Source: the human T2T-CHM13v2.0 reference genome, Homo sapiens. From it: 64,000 nt of DNA. Below, piece by piece: positions 45,551 through 58,257 of this stretch. Numbering within the stretch: position 1 is the first letter of the stretch; every line of letters begins with the position of its first letter. The notes beneath the pieces were generated by a model that saw nothing but the letters and a program-made list of their open reading frames with translations, searched no databases and was not told the DNA's origin. The DNA is taken from assembly GCF_009914755.1 (NCBI RefSeq), contig NC_060946.1, one strand, 5' to 3'. Position numbers and translations under genes: made by a program.

Positions 45551-46953
45551 TAAGATTCTGACACTCTCTTGGGGAAGCTGGTGATGACTCAAGGGGACCA
45601 GGAAGCCATCAGCCCTTTGAGACACTCTCAGACAGGCAAGGGTGCCAGGCTGGGTTGATCCAAAGGGAGCTGGTTTTTTACAATCCATGCATGAGGTTAG
45701 TCTGCCTTGAACCTTGCCCTGGACTCTGAGTCTCTGCTGACCCTAACCCATGACTGGCTGCATCCCATCCACTGCCGAGTCCTGGGATCTACCCCTGCGA
45801 AGCCCAGGGTCACCAGAGCTTTCCCCACATATCCACCTGGAATCACAGAGAAGCTCACACCCAATCTGGAGAGCAAATGACCAAAGCGAGGGCCTCAGCT
45901 CACGAATGAGGAAGGCCAGGCCCAGAGAGGGCAGGGACTTACAGAAGGCCACACAGCACATTAGCAGGGCTGGCTAGGAACCAAGGTCTTCTCCCTCTCA
46001 CCCAGTGCTCTGCTCACTGCTTCATGCTTCTCCCCACCCTCTGAGCTTCTTCCTTGCTGCCCCAGGACCATGCACAGGGTAGGTAATGTGGCTCTGCCAG
46101 AGGTGGGGTCTCCTGGGCCATGAGGCCTCTACCTTAGGGCTGCTCCCAGCCCAGGCTGAAGCGGTCCAAGTCCTGTCCTTGGCATGGAGGGAGAGCGATG
46201 ACTATACCAGTGGCCATCACTATGGGTGAGCACAAGGGGTGACTGCAGCCCTTTGGCCTCCTGGGGTCTTTGTCCCCTTCCCTCCAGGCTGGAGCTGGGA
46301 AAGGAATGTCCTGGAGACTGAGGTGGGGCTGGGCCAGGCATGGAACCAACATTCAAACCGCTACACACAAAGAGAGGAGGAAAGAGGAGGAAGAGGGAGG
46401 CATGGGTGGGGGGGGGGAGGCTCCATCGAGATCCCACTGCCCTTGACTGGCAGCTGGTGGAAAGAGGGAGGAGGGTAAGTCTAACCTCTGATGTCCTCGT
46501 CATCCCCTTCTACAGCCTGTTGTGGCCCTGAAGGGGAAGCCACTGGGCCTGTTGCATGGGGGACAAGGGGGCGGGCGGCCACCCCCACCACTGAGATAGT
46601 GGGGTCCCCCTCATACACAATCCTACCCTACTGGGGGTGCTGTCAAAATTAGTGAAATCAGATACAGTTGATGGGCAGGGAGGGTGGGGTAAGAGACAAC
46701 TCCAGTGCAGTGCCAGGTGGGCAGGCTCCCACTGTTCACTTGAGACGCTCCTCCCCACTCAGGTGGGGACAGGGGACACACTCGCAGGGCAGGGCATTCT
46801 GGAGGTGTGGGTACAGGTGAGGGGAAATGGGAGGCACAGCCAGGAGTGGGGCAGGAGGGAAGGCCAGTGCGTGGGCAGGCTGAGGAGGGAATATGACCCC
46901 CCTCAAGTCCCCAAAGTGGCAGGCAAGGGAGGGGCCCTGGATGAGGTGGCCCC

Positions 46954-47178
46954 TCATGCCTTGGCCCTCCCCTTGCAGACATCGAAGGCAGCCTTTGTTG
47001 CACCCCCAAAGGCCTCCACCAACTTGTCTTCCCAGGGAAGGACGTTGCCCAGCAGTGGCGCAGTGCAGTTGGCAATGCCCAGGACCTGGGCTGGTGTCAG
47101 GGCGTGGTCCCACAGGTTAAACTGGGCAATGTCACCGACAAAGGCCTGGGTGGCATCAAACCGGCCACCCAGGGTATC
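46954..47178 (-). CDS. NPTXR: NPTXR last exon (exon 5) CDS, DTLGGRFDATQAFVG...VCKGRAKA*
   Basis: Pentraxin C-terminus (QEQ|DTLGGRFD..QAFVGDI..FNLWD); CAG acceptor at 47179-47181; TGA at 46954-46956. Confidence 0.98.
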   Translation of the reverse strand, partial: DTLGGRFDATQAFVGDIAQFNLWDHALTPAQVLGIANCTAPLLGNVLPWEDKLVEAFGGATKAAFDVCKGRAKA

Positions 47179-47427
47179 CTGGGCCAAGACAGCAGCAGAG
47201 AAAGGAGAGGCATGGAGTGAGGGAGCAGAAAAGACAGGCAGGCTGGCTCAGTCAGGCTCTTGTCCCCGAGGCAGCCCCACCTTCAACCCCACTGAAGCCC
47301 CACCGCCAACGCTCTAGCCCCACCTTCAAGATTCTAGTTCCTTGGGCAGGTCTCTGATCTCTCTGGCCCTCAGTCTGCCCATCTGCACAATTAGGAGGTC
47401 CAGCCCCAATATCAGCCTGAGCCTTAC

Positions 47428-47607
47428 CTGCTCCTGGCCCAAGATAAGGATCCCATGAGGCTTGATGGGGTGCCAGGCAGCCAGGTTCTCACCGGAGCCC
47501 TGCAGCTCCCCGTCCTGGTAGGCAGACCATAGGCCATCCCTTGTGGTCCAGGCGATGCAGATGTGGTGCCAGCCATTGTCCTTCAGGCTCAGGGGCAGCT
47601 GGGCCAC
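47428..47607 (-). CDS. NPTXR: NPTXR exon 4, VAQLPLSLKDNGWHHICIAWTT...LILGQEQ
   Basis: Pentraxin signature HHICIAWTT; CAG acceptor and GTAAG donor; 180 nt, phase 0-0. Confidence 0.98.
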
Positions 47608-48329
47608 CTGGACACAGGTCCCCCAACCCCAGGTCAGAGGTGCCCCAAGGCCCAAGGCCCATGGCTGAGGCAGTGGGGTGGGGCTGGGGAGACCCATGTC
47701 CATCCTTCCAGGGCCCGACCCCAGGCCTGACCCTCTCCATCCTCCTGCCCAGTGTCTTTCCCTGACTCCTGTCTCCTCTTTCCTCAAAGACCAAACCAGA
47801 TCACAAGGGACTCTCTGGTTTTGGTTTTCAGTTGTCACAAGGTAGTTCACTCACTCTCCAACAGGCCTATTAAGGTCACTTGGGGAGAGAGGGATGTCTC
47901 ATAATCCCAACTTCCCCTGAACACCTCACACAGCACTCAGCACACAGCTAGGGCTCAAGAAGTACTGGCAGGGATAGAATGAGCCTTGGACTCAGAGGCC
48001 AGGCTCCAGCATCTGGCCCTGGCTCTGCCACCAACCCCTGTGTGATCTGGGGAGGCTGCTCCTTCCTCCCTGGGCCTCAGTTTCCTTATCTGTAAAGTGA
48101 GGTCAGACAAGGGATGACAAGTCTGCAAGGGATGGCAAATCTTCCTCCACCCAGGGCAGACATAGCCAATCAATCACGAGCCTCGATTTAGCTCAGATCC
48201 CTCAGCACAGTGCTCTGGAAAGCCACTGCTGATGGGTTAGAGCTGGCCTGTAAGATGAAAGGTGCTTGCTGTCTGTGGATTTGGTGCTCCCACAGGGCTT
48301 CCTCATCTGGTAAGTTTCCTGAGGTCACA

Positions 48330-48633
48330 TTTTTTTTTTTGAGATGGAATTTCACTATGTTGCCCAGGATAGAGTGCAGTGGTGTGATCTCAGCTCACCA
48401 CAGCCTCCATCTCCTGGTTCAAGCAATTCTCCTCCCTCAGCCTCCCAAGTAGCTGGGATTACAGGCGTGCACCACCATGCCCAGCTATTTTTTTTTTTTT
48501 TTGTATTTTTAGTAGAAACGGCGGGATTTCACCATATTGGCCAGCCTGGTCTTGAACTCCTGACCTCAGATGATCCACCCACCTCAGCCTCTCAGAGTGC
48601 TGGGATTACAGGCAAGAGCCACCTTACCCAGCC
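48330..48633 (-). mobile_element. AluS
   Basis: Full dimer in NPTXR intron 3. Confidence 0.9.
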
Positions 48634-49024
48634 TGAGATCACAATTTAATGTAACATTCTCTGAGGCCTACGTGGTGCCTGGCCTTGTTGTGGATGCTGG
48701 GGATGTGGAGCTGGTCCACGCCTTAAATGAGCTGAGTCTGCAGGAGGGGAAGGACTTTGGGGCAATGCTATAAGACAAAATAACGGAGGGCATATGGGAG
48801 GTACAGAGGCTGCGAGGCCCAGAGGTAGAGGGGATATGGGAACAGAAGCCACGTCAAAACCCGTCTGGAAGGACAATGGATCCACCATTCCATTGCTAGG
48901 CAAAACAAGTGGTGGGCACAGAAGGAGTAAAGGCTTAGAGGCTGGAATAAAAAGGGAACAGTGAGCAGTCTGTTAGGCTGGCTCTCAAAAGGACTCTAGA
49001 GCGTCCCAGAACAGGGCTGCCCAA

Positions 49025-49045
49025 TGCCCTGTCCAGGGTGCTGAA
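49025..49045 (-). promoter_or_regulatory. RE1/NRSE (REST-binding element) TTCAGCACCCTGGACAGGGCA
   Basis: 17/21 match to the consensus TTCAGCACCACGGACAGCGCC; both half-sites intact with the canonical 2-nt spacer; in an intron of a neuronal gene. Confidence 0.88.
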
Positions 49046-49993
49046 TTCCTTCTAATGAGAACTGAGTGCTGAACTTGGGCCAGGCCAAGGACGGCAGCCA
49101 GGGGGTGATGAAGGGCACAAGGCAGCAGGATCTAGATGTAGTCCAGCCACCCCGGTGGTCGTAGGGTTTATTGGGCCACAAGGGAAAGTCACTGGTCCCT
49201 GGACTCATCTCCTCCCTCCTCCTCCTCCCCCTCCAGAATGCCACGAAATGCACCTTCTGCTAAGCTGGGTCTGATGGGTATCAATCACTCCTAGTGGCTT
49301 TATGTGTTGTGGGCTGGTCACAGGTGGGTACGATATGTGGTATCTGCATTTCCAGGGGGGTCTCAATAGACCACCATGCCTGCAAGGCCCAAAACAATGT
49401 GGCAGGTTGGGGAGGAGCTTTAGGAGTGGATGACAGTGATGAGATGCTCCCCTTCCTCTCCCCTCAATTACCATGCTCCTGCCACATCATTCTCCCTGCC
49501 TTGTCCTTGTCCTGCCTTCCAGCCAGGCTGAAGGAGGGGCATCGGGGAGGGAGGCCTGGGCATGAGGAAGATGGGTGGCCCAAGGGCAGAACAGGGGAGG
49601 GGTTAAAAGGTGGTTTCCGGAGCCCAAGACCCTGAATCACATCACACCCCAGCAGCTGTGTGGCCAGGGTGCATTACTTCCCCTCTCTGAGCCTCAGTTT
49701 CTCCATCTGCAAAATGGGGATAATGAGGGTACCTACTTCCCAGTGCTGTTGGGAAGGTCAAGGGTAATAATGTGAGTAAACTGCTTATTAGCACAGTGCC
49801 CAGTATAATAAAAATAGCTCACAGTTATTGATGTCTGCTAAACGCTAGGATCTGCTCAAAGCCCTCTACATGCATTTAAGCCACTTCTCACTACAACCCT
49901 AAGAGACAAGAGTTCTTATCATTCCTGCTTTAGAGATAAGCAAACTGAGGCACAGGGCAAGTAGAAGACTAGTCTGAGGTCACACAATGGTGA

Positions 49994-50495
<502 letters not shown>

Positions 50496-50839
50496 TTAAG
50501 TCCAGGATGATGAGCAGGGCCCTGGGGGCAGACACCTCAGCCCTGTCCCATAGCTGGGTCACTGGGGAAGTCACTGGATCCCCAAGAGCTTCACTTGCCT
50601 CCTCTGTAAAATGGAACAACACTTAGAGCCTCTATTGGACACAGCCTCTCTTCCGGCAGCTCCATGTCTGGCTTGTCTTTATATTCCCAGAGCCCAGCCT
50701 AGCACACGGTAGGTACTTAATGTGTGCTGAATATGCAGAGCAGGAGAATGAGCAGGAGAATGAAAGAGCCCAGTGTGGAGTGGGTGCTTCTGGAAGGGTG
50801 GCCCTCCCCCAGCCAGCCCTCCCTGCCAGCCCTGCCTAC

Positions 50840-51087
50840 CTTGTCGTTGATCAGCAGCTCCATGGGCTCATGGCCCGCCTCTAGCAGTACAATCTCGTTG
50901 GCCTGCCCGGGCACTGAGTAGGAGAAGGGGGTACCCTGGCCGGTGCCGCTGGACCTGGACCGCAGCCACATGCAGGCGGTGAATGCATAGAGCTCGGGCA
51001 GAGCCTTCCGCACGCGGGCGTACATGTAGTTGTTACGGATGGGGATGCTGATCTTGAAGGCATCTGGAGGACTGTAGGCTGAGGACC
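50840..51087 (-). CDS. NPTXR: NPTXR exon 3, (G)SSAYSPPDAFKISIPIRNNYMY...ELLINDK
   Basis: Start of the pentraxin domain (YAFTACMWLRS, GTPFSYSVPGQANEIVL); CAG acceptor and GTAGG donor; 248 nt, phase 1-0. Confidence 0.98.
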
Positions 51088-51565
51088 CTGAGGGTGGGCA
51101 AGGCAGACATGGTGGAGGTCGGTGGACACCGAAAAGGGTGGGGTGGACAGGGCACACTTCAGAAAGATGGCTAACAGCTCCCAGGCACCTGCTGCATGCC
51201 CAGTGCCTTCAGGGCTCTCTCTGCTCCACCTCTGTGTTGAGGGGTGTGATTAAAGTGCAGGGGCTCTGGACCTTAGATGTCCTGAGACCAAATCTCGTCT
51301 CCCCCACTTCCCAGCCACGTGACCGTCAACAAATTAAACTTGTTGGGAGACCCGGGGTAGACAGGCCAGAGGCAGGGCTGAGGAGGGCTGGAGGTTGCTT
51401 CTCCTGTTCCTGTGCTCCACCTAGGATGCTGGCCCTGAGCCACCAGACCTGTCCCTCCCCTGCAGCTGTGCCCCTGCGATGGCCCCTCCATTCTGAAATT
51501 TGCTCCTCACCACTGTTTTCAAGAAGTAGCTTGAGGCCTGCCTCCTCCAGGAAGCAGCTTGGATA

Positions 51566-51875
51566 TTCTTTCTTTTCTTTTCTTTTTCTTTTTTTCTTTC
51601 TTTTTTTTTTTTTTTTTGAGACGGAGTTTCCCTCTGTTGCCCAGCTCACTGCGACCTTCACCTCCCAGGCTCAAGCAATTCTCCTGCCCCAGCCTCCCGA
51701 GTAGCTGGGATTACAGGTATGCACCACCACACCCAGCTAATTTTTGCATTTTTAGTAGAAATGGGGTTTTGCCATGATGGGCAGGCTGGCCTTGAACTCC
51801 TGACCTCAGGTGATCCGCCCACCTCAACCTCCCAAAGTGTCGGGATAACAGGCATGAGCCACCATGCCTGGGCCT
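51566..51875 (-). mobile_element. AluS (small right-arm deletion)
   Basis: Dimer in NPTXR intron 2. Confidence 0.88.
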
Positions 51876-52626
51876 GGATTTTCTTCTCCTGAACCCCTGT
51901 TCCCCACGTAAGCTGGTCCCAGCTAACTGCTCACCATTTCTCCTGTTCTCCCCAACTTGTCTGTAAGCCTCTTAAGGGTGGTCTTCACAAGAATTGAAAG
52001 CTGAAAGGTCTTTGAGAGCTCATGAGTCCTAAACCCCTATTTCTCAGATGAGGAAAACTGAGGCCTGGGGAAGGAAGTGAACTTCTGAGGTCACAGAGCA
52101 AGCCAGAGACAGATATGCAACCAGGAGCCAGGTCTCCTTATGCTTATACCTGTACCCTGCCCATTATGTTCCTTTGACCCCTTGGCAGTGCCAGGCACAA
52201 GTGTTAAACAAAATCCTGACCAAGTCATTGAAAATGCTATTTTGTGGGTGGTTAAATGTATGGTTGTGGAGTCAGACCTTGTTTGAGGTCCAGACCCGCC
52301 ACTTTTGTCTGTGTGACCTTGAGCATGTCACTTGACTTCTCTGAGCTTCGGTCTTCTCATCTGTGAAAACTGTGGATTAAATCAGCTGATGTATCAAGTA
52401 CTTAGCCCACTCCCAGGACACAGTAAGTGCCAGAAAATGAGATCTGTTAATAATGTTGATAATGATAACAATATCCCCCAATGATTCTCTCCACTGTGTG
52501 TTCCACAGCCTCCTCCCCACCCTCCAGTCTGTCGATGTTAGCCTCCGGGGAGCATGGATATATTTTTTGAATGGCTCTGTCACCCTGAGGACCCCTCCAA
52601 TGCCCTCTGCAGGACCCAGGACCCAC

Positions 52627-52852
52627 CGTGCTCCAGCTCAGCCACACGACCCTGCAGGACGTCCAACTCCTTTTCCACTTCCTGCCTCTGCCGGCGGCTG
52701 CTGTGGCTGAGGGCCACACGCTCCTTCTCCAGTGCCAGCACCTGGGCCAGCAGCTGCCCCTCCAGCTGGTCCATCTTGGAGTGTAGGCCGGTGGGCACAG
52801 CAGAGACTGGGGCTGGGGCAGCTGAGAGGTTCACACGGGCTGGAAGCTCCTG
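52627..52852 (-). CDS. NPTXR: NPTXR exon 2, QELPARVNLS...LQGRVAELEH(G), coiled-coil region
   Basis: Heptad-like coiled coil typical of neuronal pentraxins; GT donor at 52625-52626 in phase 1, matching exon 3; tandem CAGCAG acceptor; 226 nt. Confidence 0.95.
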
Positions 52853-55469
52853 CTGTTCACAGGGCAGAGAAACAGAAATCAACTGAGGGGAGGAAGGACA
52901 GGCTGGGAACACTCAGATGCCTACCGCCCCTGCTCAGTGACCCCAGGGGAGCCTCAGCTTCCCCAGTATGCAAAATGGGAATGACAATGGCCAACATCAG
53001 GCAACAGATGCATCCTGGGTCCCTGGCAGGCTCTGTTCCTGGTGCTGGCACATGACGGCGAGCAGCAGGCAGAGCTGGCCCCGGCCCTCAAGGACAGCTC
53101 AGGCCGTGGTGGGGGTGTGGGGCGTGGCCATGAGTGCTGTGAAGGTCCCCCAGGTGGTTTCAGGGTGCAGCTGGGGCTGAACGCCCCACCCTAGTCCTTC
53201 ATAGCAGCAAGGCTAGACACTGATAGGCTGGTAAAGGGGTGGACCATCTTAGTCTTCATTCCCTCACTCAGCAAGCTTCTCTAGAACGGTCCTTGGCAAA
53301 AGGCTCTGTATGGCCACTGGGCCCACTCAGGGCGTGAAACAGGGACTTCTGGAGCAGGGCCCCGGTGGCTTGACCATACCAGGGTGACAGGTGGTTGAAA
53401 TCACATACTTTGGAGTCAGACAGCCCAGGGTTCAAAACCAGCTCGGTAACCAATCTGCTATGTGACTCTGAGAAAATATCCTGACTTCTCTGAACTTGTT
53501 TACTCAAAAGAGAGCTGCACCTATTTGGAGAGTTGTGGGGAGGACTAAGGATTAAATATCAATAAACAGAGCCTGCTTATTGCAATTGCTGTCTAGGGCA
53601 GGGTGTTCCAGGGTAGGCTCTGACATCCCCCATCCAGCCCGGGATGAGGTCTAAGTGTTCAGAGTTCCCCATGACGTGCCTGTCTTATCTTAAGACCCCA
53701 AGGGCAGCAGAACTGGGGCAGGAGCTGGGAGGGTTTCCTTCCCCTTCTCCTGCTGGAAGAAGGCCCCTCTGGGGTGGAGGAACGCAGGTGAGGCCGCAGG
53801 TCCAGACTCTTCAAGGGGACAGTCTGTGGCAGACATGTCACAGAAATGTCAGTAGGAGATTAATAATTCAATGAGCTGCTAGGAGCTAAATTAAACCTTC
53901 ACCATCCTCCACCATCCTCCTGGTTTCCCCCTCCTCCATGGTCCCCGCTACCAGGCCTGATGCTTGCGAACTCCCCAGGGGCCTGGGAAGTTTTTGCTCA
54001 GTCAGTTCCTTGCTCCCAGGCTTAGGCCCCAGACACGAACTCATTGCATTCTGTGATTCAGTCACTGAGCAAACATTCAGAGGGCACCCCCATTGTGCTG
54101 GGCACTGCCCCAGATGCTGAAGTTGTGGCTGGAGGCAAAACAGAAAACCAAGAACCCCACCTTTCCTCAGTTTCCTAAGCTGCGAGGGGATGGCCTTGCA
54201 GCCTGGGACAAGTATAGAATCCCCTGTCCAGCCTCACTGGCCCAGCCAATGGCCTTGTCAGTCATTTGCTGGGTGACACTGGACACTGCTGGTGGCTGCT
54301 GTGACTGAGGGCCGCGTGTTCCTTCTGAGCTGTGCACTCCTCCTTAACTTCTCTGAGCCTGTTTTCTAGCCATGGGACAAGGGGAGAAGTGCGTCCCCTG
54401 CATCAGAGTGCTGGGGGCAAAGGACCACTGCCATGCTCAGTGCCCGAGACTTGGGAGCTGCCAGTGTGGACAGCAATGTGACCTCATTTTGAGGAGTTGC
54501 AGGAACCGGCCCTCGGCTCTGCCACTGCCCCGTGAGAGTAGGGACAGGTGGGCTGACACTCCGAGATCATTTTTCCCCTTCTATAAGATGGAGACACGGA
54601 ATGCTCAGCCTCCAGGGCTGGCCAGCATTAAATGATGGCGTGTAAGGGAAGTGCCCAGAGCCTGGCCCACAGTGGGTGCCGGGGGCATGGTTTTGGGTGC
54701 ATGGGGTAGGTGGGAAGACTGAATGGGACGCTCTTGCTGCCGGCTGAGCCTTAGCAGACACCTTGCAAACATTCCCTCTCTGAATCCACTTAACATGCCA
54801 GTGTCCCCATTTCAGGGGCAGGAAAACTAGGGTGAGTTAACTAAGATCACACCAGGAGCAGGAGCAGAGCTGGGATCTGAGCCTAGCAGTCTGGCTCGCC
54901 CGCCCCCTCTGCATCACTCGCCACGCAGCCTCTCTTGGCATCTGCCAAGCGGCCTCTCCAGAAGCCCTATTCCCTCTCTGTCCCACCTGTCCCTTGGCTC
55001 CCATGGGAAAGGTGAGGTTGCTTCACAGGGCAGGGGGTCTGGTGCCACTCACACTCAGCAACCCCCCTCTTCTGCTGGCAGTGGGAGGGGCTGAGGATCA
55101 ACCTCTCCATTCCAGGCTGTAAGATGGGGCAACAGACACAAGTCACTGTGGTCGTCCAGGCTGGCTCTGGAAAGGGACCCATGAAAGCAGCGGGAGAGGG
55201 GGGACTCTGGCCACCATTATCCACCCCCCCCACCTCTTGTGTAAGAGGTCACGGCCTCCCAGCCACGCAGATGCCTACTTGGCCCACGAGGATGGGGTGG
55301 AGGCCAGGTGAAGGTGGGCATGGGATGGGCGAGGAGCCTTACAGTGCACTCCCCGCTTACATTCATCTTTGCTTTCCCGAGGGCTCCTTCTGTCAAGGTG
55401 CCTATAAACCCTGACTCTGGTGCAGACTAACCACAAAGCCTTGGTTTCCCCTCCTCTAAAACGGGAACA

Positions 55470-55824
<355 letters not shown>

Positions 55825-57995
55825 TCATGGACTATAAAAGCATAATGCCAACTGTGGGGCTTGACTACATTAGCTGATGGGGCGCTCATTACCTCCAGAG
55901 CCTTCAGGTGACACTGGATGGCCCACAGGGTGACAGGGTCAGCCACCCACTGCATTCGAGATGGCTGGACTTCCAGGAAGCCTTGGACTGAGGCAATCAG
56001 CTCAAGGGGCGCATTTCATCTCAGGGCTGGAAGGGCGGGCTGGGGCAGGGTGTCCCTGGTCCCAGGTACTGTTCTGTCCTCAGTTCTCCACCCGCTCTGT
56101 GCCAAGCTTGAGGCCAGAGGGGCATGCGGGAGTGAGGCTGTGCACCGGGCCCATCATAGGCACTTGGCGTGTGTTTACTCATGAATCCTCGCAGCTGCTC
56201 GCTGAGGCTGGCACTCTTCGTATCCCCATTTCACAGATGGGAAACCAAGGCAGGAGTCGTTTTGAATTGTCTATAGCAATGGGGCTGGGCCAAACCGATA
56301 CCCCTGGAGCCAGCATCTCCTCTCTCCAGCAAAGGGAGAGAGGGAGGAAGACTTGCCAGGAAGAACAGAGGGAGGAAGACCTGCCAGCAAGAACAGGGAG
56401 TCGAGGCTATTTAAACAGACGCTGTTTGGAGGAGAAAACGTGCGGGCTGAGGGGGTGTGCGCTCAAGCTGTTCTTTTGTCAGAGCCACTGGCTCTGCAGC
56501 GGCCAGGAAGGCCATGGAGGAGGTGGGCTCGCCGGATCGTGTGTGAGTCCCTCCCCGTCCCAGTGTCTGAATCAGAAGAACACGACTCCCGCACCCCCAC
56601 TTCCCATCTGCTGTGGGCGCAGGCTGTGCCGCGTGGGCTCCCGGCCCGATGCCAACTGGGCCCCTCACCTAAGATGATGGAGGGAATGATGACGCCAGCA
56701 CCCCCACTCAGCTCCTGCTGGGGCAGAAAGGTGGAGGCTGGGAACCCATGGCCTGTCCCGCTGGGAGTCCGGGGTGGGGTTTGGCGTAAGTGTGCTGGGC
56801 CTAGAGCCAGAGCCCCTTGTTCTAGGCCCGGCTCAGCCATAATGTGCTGGGCTCATTAGCACTCAATCAGAATGCTAACGGCAGCAGCTGTCTCCATCGA
56901 GCACTCGCTGCATGCCAGGCCCCGCACTAGGGAAGCTCTGTGCAAACAGTTCTAGGCTGCTCTCAACAGCCTGGGGAAGTAGGGAGGCCCACTCAGAGAT
57001 GAGGGAACTGAGGCTCAGTGCCTGTCTAAGGTCACATACCTGTGACGCTGCAGAGCCAGCACTCCAGCCTGGCCTTCCTGATCCTGAAATCTGTGCTCAT
57101 TCCTCAGGCTCACACTGATGGTCTGGGTCTGTTGGTTGATCTGCCAAGTGGGCACAGTGCTGGTTGCCCTGCCTAACTCGAAGGCAAGCAGGAGAGGTAC
57201 TAATGGCCACGGGAAGTCTAGAAGATCCAGAAGGTTGTGTGAGACTATGGCGCAGGGCAGCTTCACAAAGGGAGACTGATAGGAGGGTCCTGCCAGCGTG
57301 GGGTGGCTGAGGCTGGGAGGATGCAGGGAAACCCCATCACCTTAGCCCCACCCGGGGTCTATTCCCTTGCTGCAGGGAGCAGAAGGCAGGTGCAGGACTC
57401 CAGGGCCAGAGTCCCATCCTCTGCACAGCCCACAGACTGTGCTCATTCCTCAGGCCTACACTGCTGGTCTGGGTCTGTTGAGGGTCAGGGTCCCACCCTC
57501 TGCACCACTGCCCCTGCCCAGGATCACCCAGGTAGTGGTACTCCCAGCTGGCAGTGAGGCAGAGGCTGTTCTGGGACGGCCAGACCACCAGGTTTTGCAA
57601 CGGTGGGAGTTTGGGGTCAGAAAGCTTTCTCAGAGAAACCCCATCCTGCCACCCCACCTCCCTCACCAGGGGCAGACTGCAGGGGCACCAGGACCAGGTG
57701 GAAAGTGAGCAGCCTTCAGGGGGAGCAGTGTGGACCACGGCCCCTCACCTCCCCCATCCAACCATCCCCTGAGTTCTGAGTCCTGCTAGGGCTCACACCT
57801 GGGCTTCACCAGCTGAGTGGCCTTGTTATGTAACGGTGCCATGCCTCAGTTTCCCCATTGGCCCCAAAGGGTAAAAGAGTAAATCTCATAGCATCGTGGT
57901 GAGGATTGACTGAGTTCATAGACAGAAGGCGCTTAGTGCGCGGTAGGCATAGGAAGCATCACAGGCGTGTCTACTATTAATGTCGTGACTAACAA

Positions 57996-58257
57996 TTTTT
58001 TTTTTTTTTTTTGCGATGGAGTTTCTTTTTTTTTTGAGACAGAGTCTCGCTGTTGCCCAGGCTGGAGTGCAGTGGCGCGATCTCGGCTCACTGCAGGCTC
58101 CGCCCCCCTGGGGTTCACGCCATTCTCCTGCCTCAGCCTCCCGAGTAGCTGGGACTACAGGCGCCTGCCACCTCACCCAGCTAATTTTTTGTATTTTTAG
58201 TAGAGATGGGGTTTCACTGTGTTAGCCAGGATGGTCTCCATCTCCTGACCTTGTGAT
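57996..58257 (-). mobile_element. 5'-truncated AluY-like element preceded by a second Alu tail stub
   Basis: T17-gcgatggagtttc-T10-gagacagagtctcgc...; ends abruptly at ctgaccttgtgat. Confidence 0.85.

Noticed and set aside
46637-47317. 226-aa plus-strand ORF opposite NPTXR exon 5
   Set aside because: Antisense shadow in GC-rich sequence, non-ATG start, no recognisable domain
55961-56859. 238-aa and 168-aa ORFs in NPTXR intron 1
   Set aside because: No recognisable domain, partly MIR-derived; such lengths are expected by chance in GC-rich DNA
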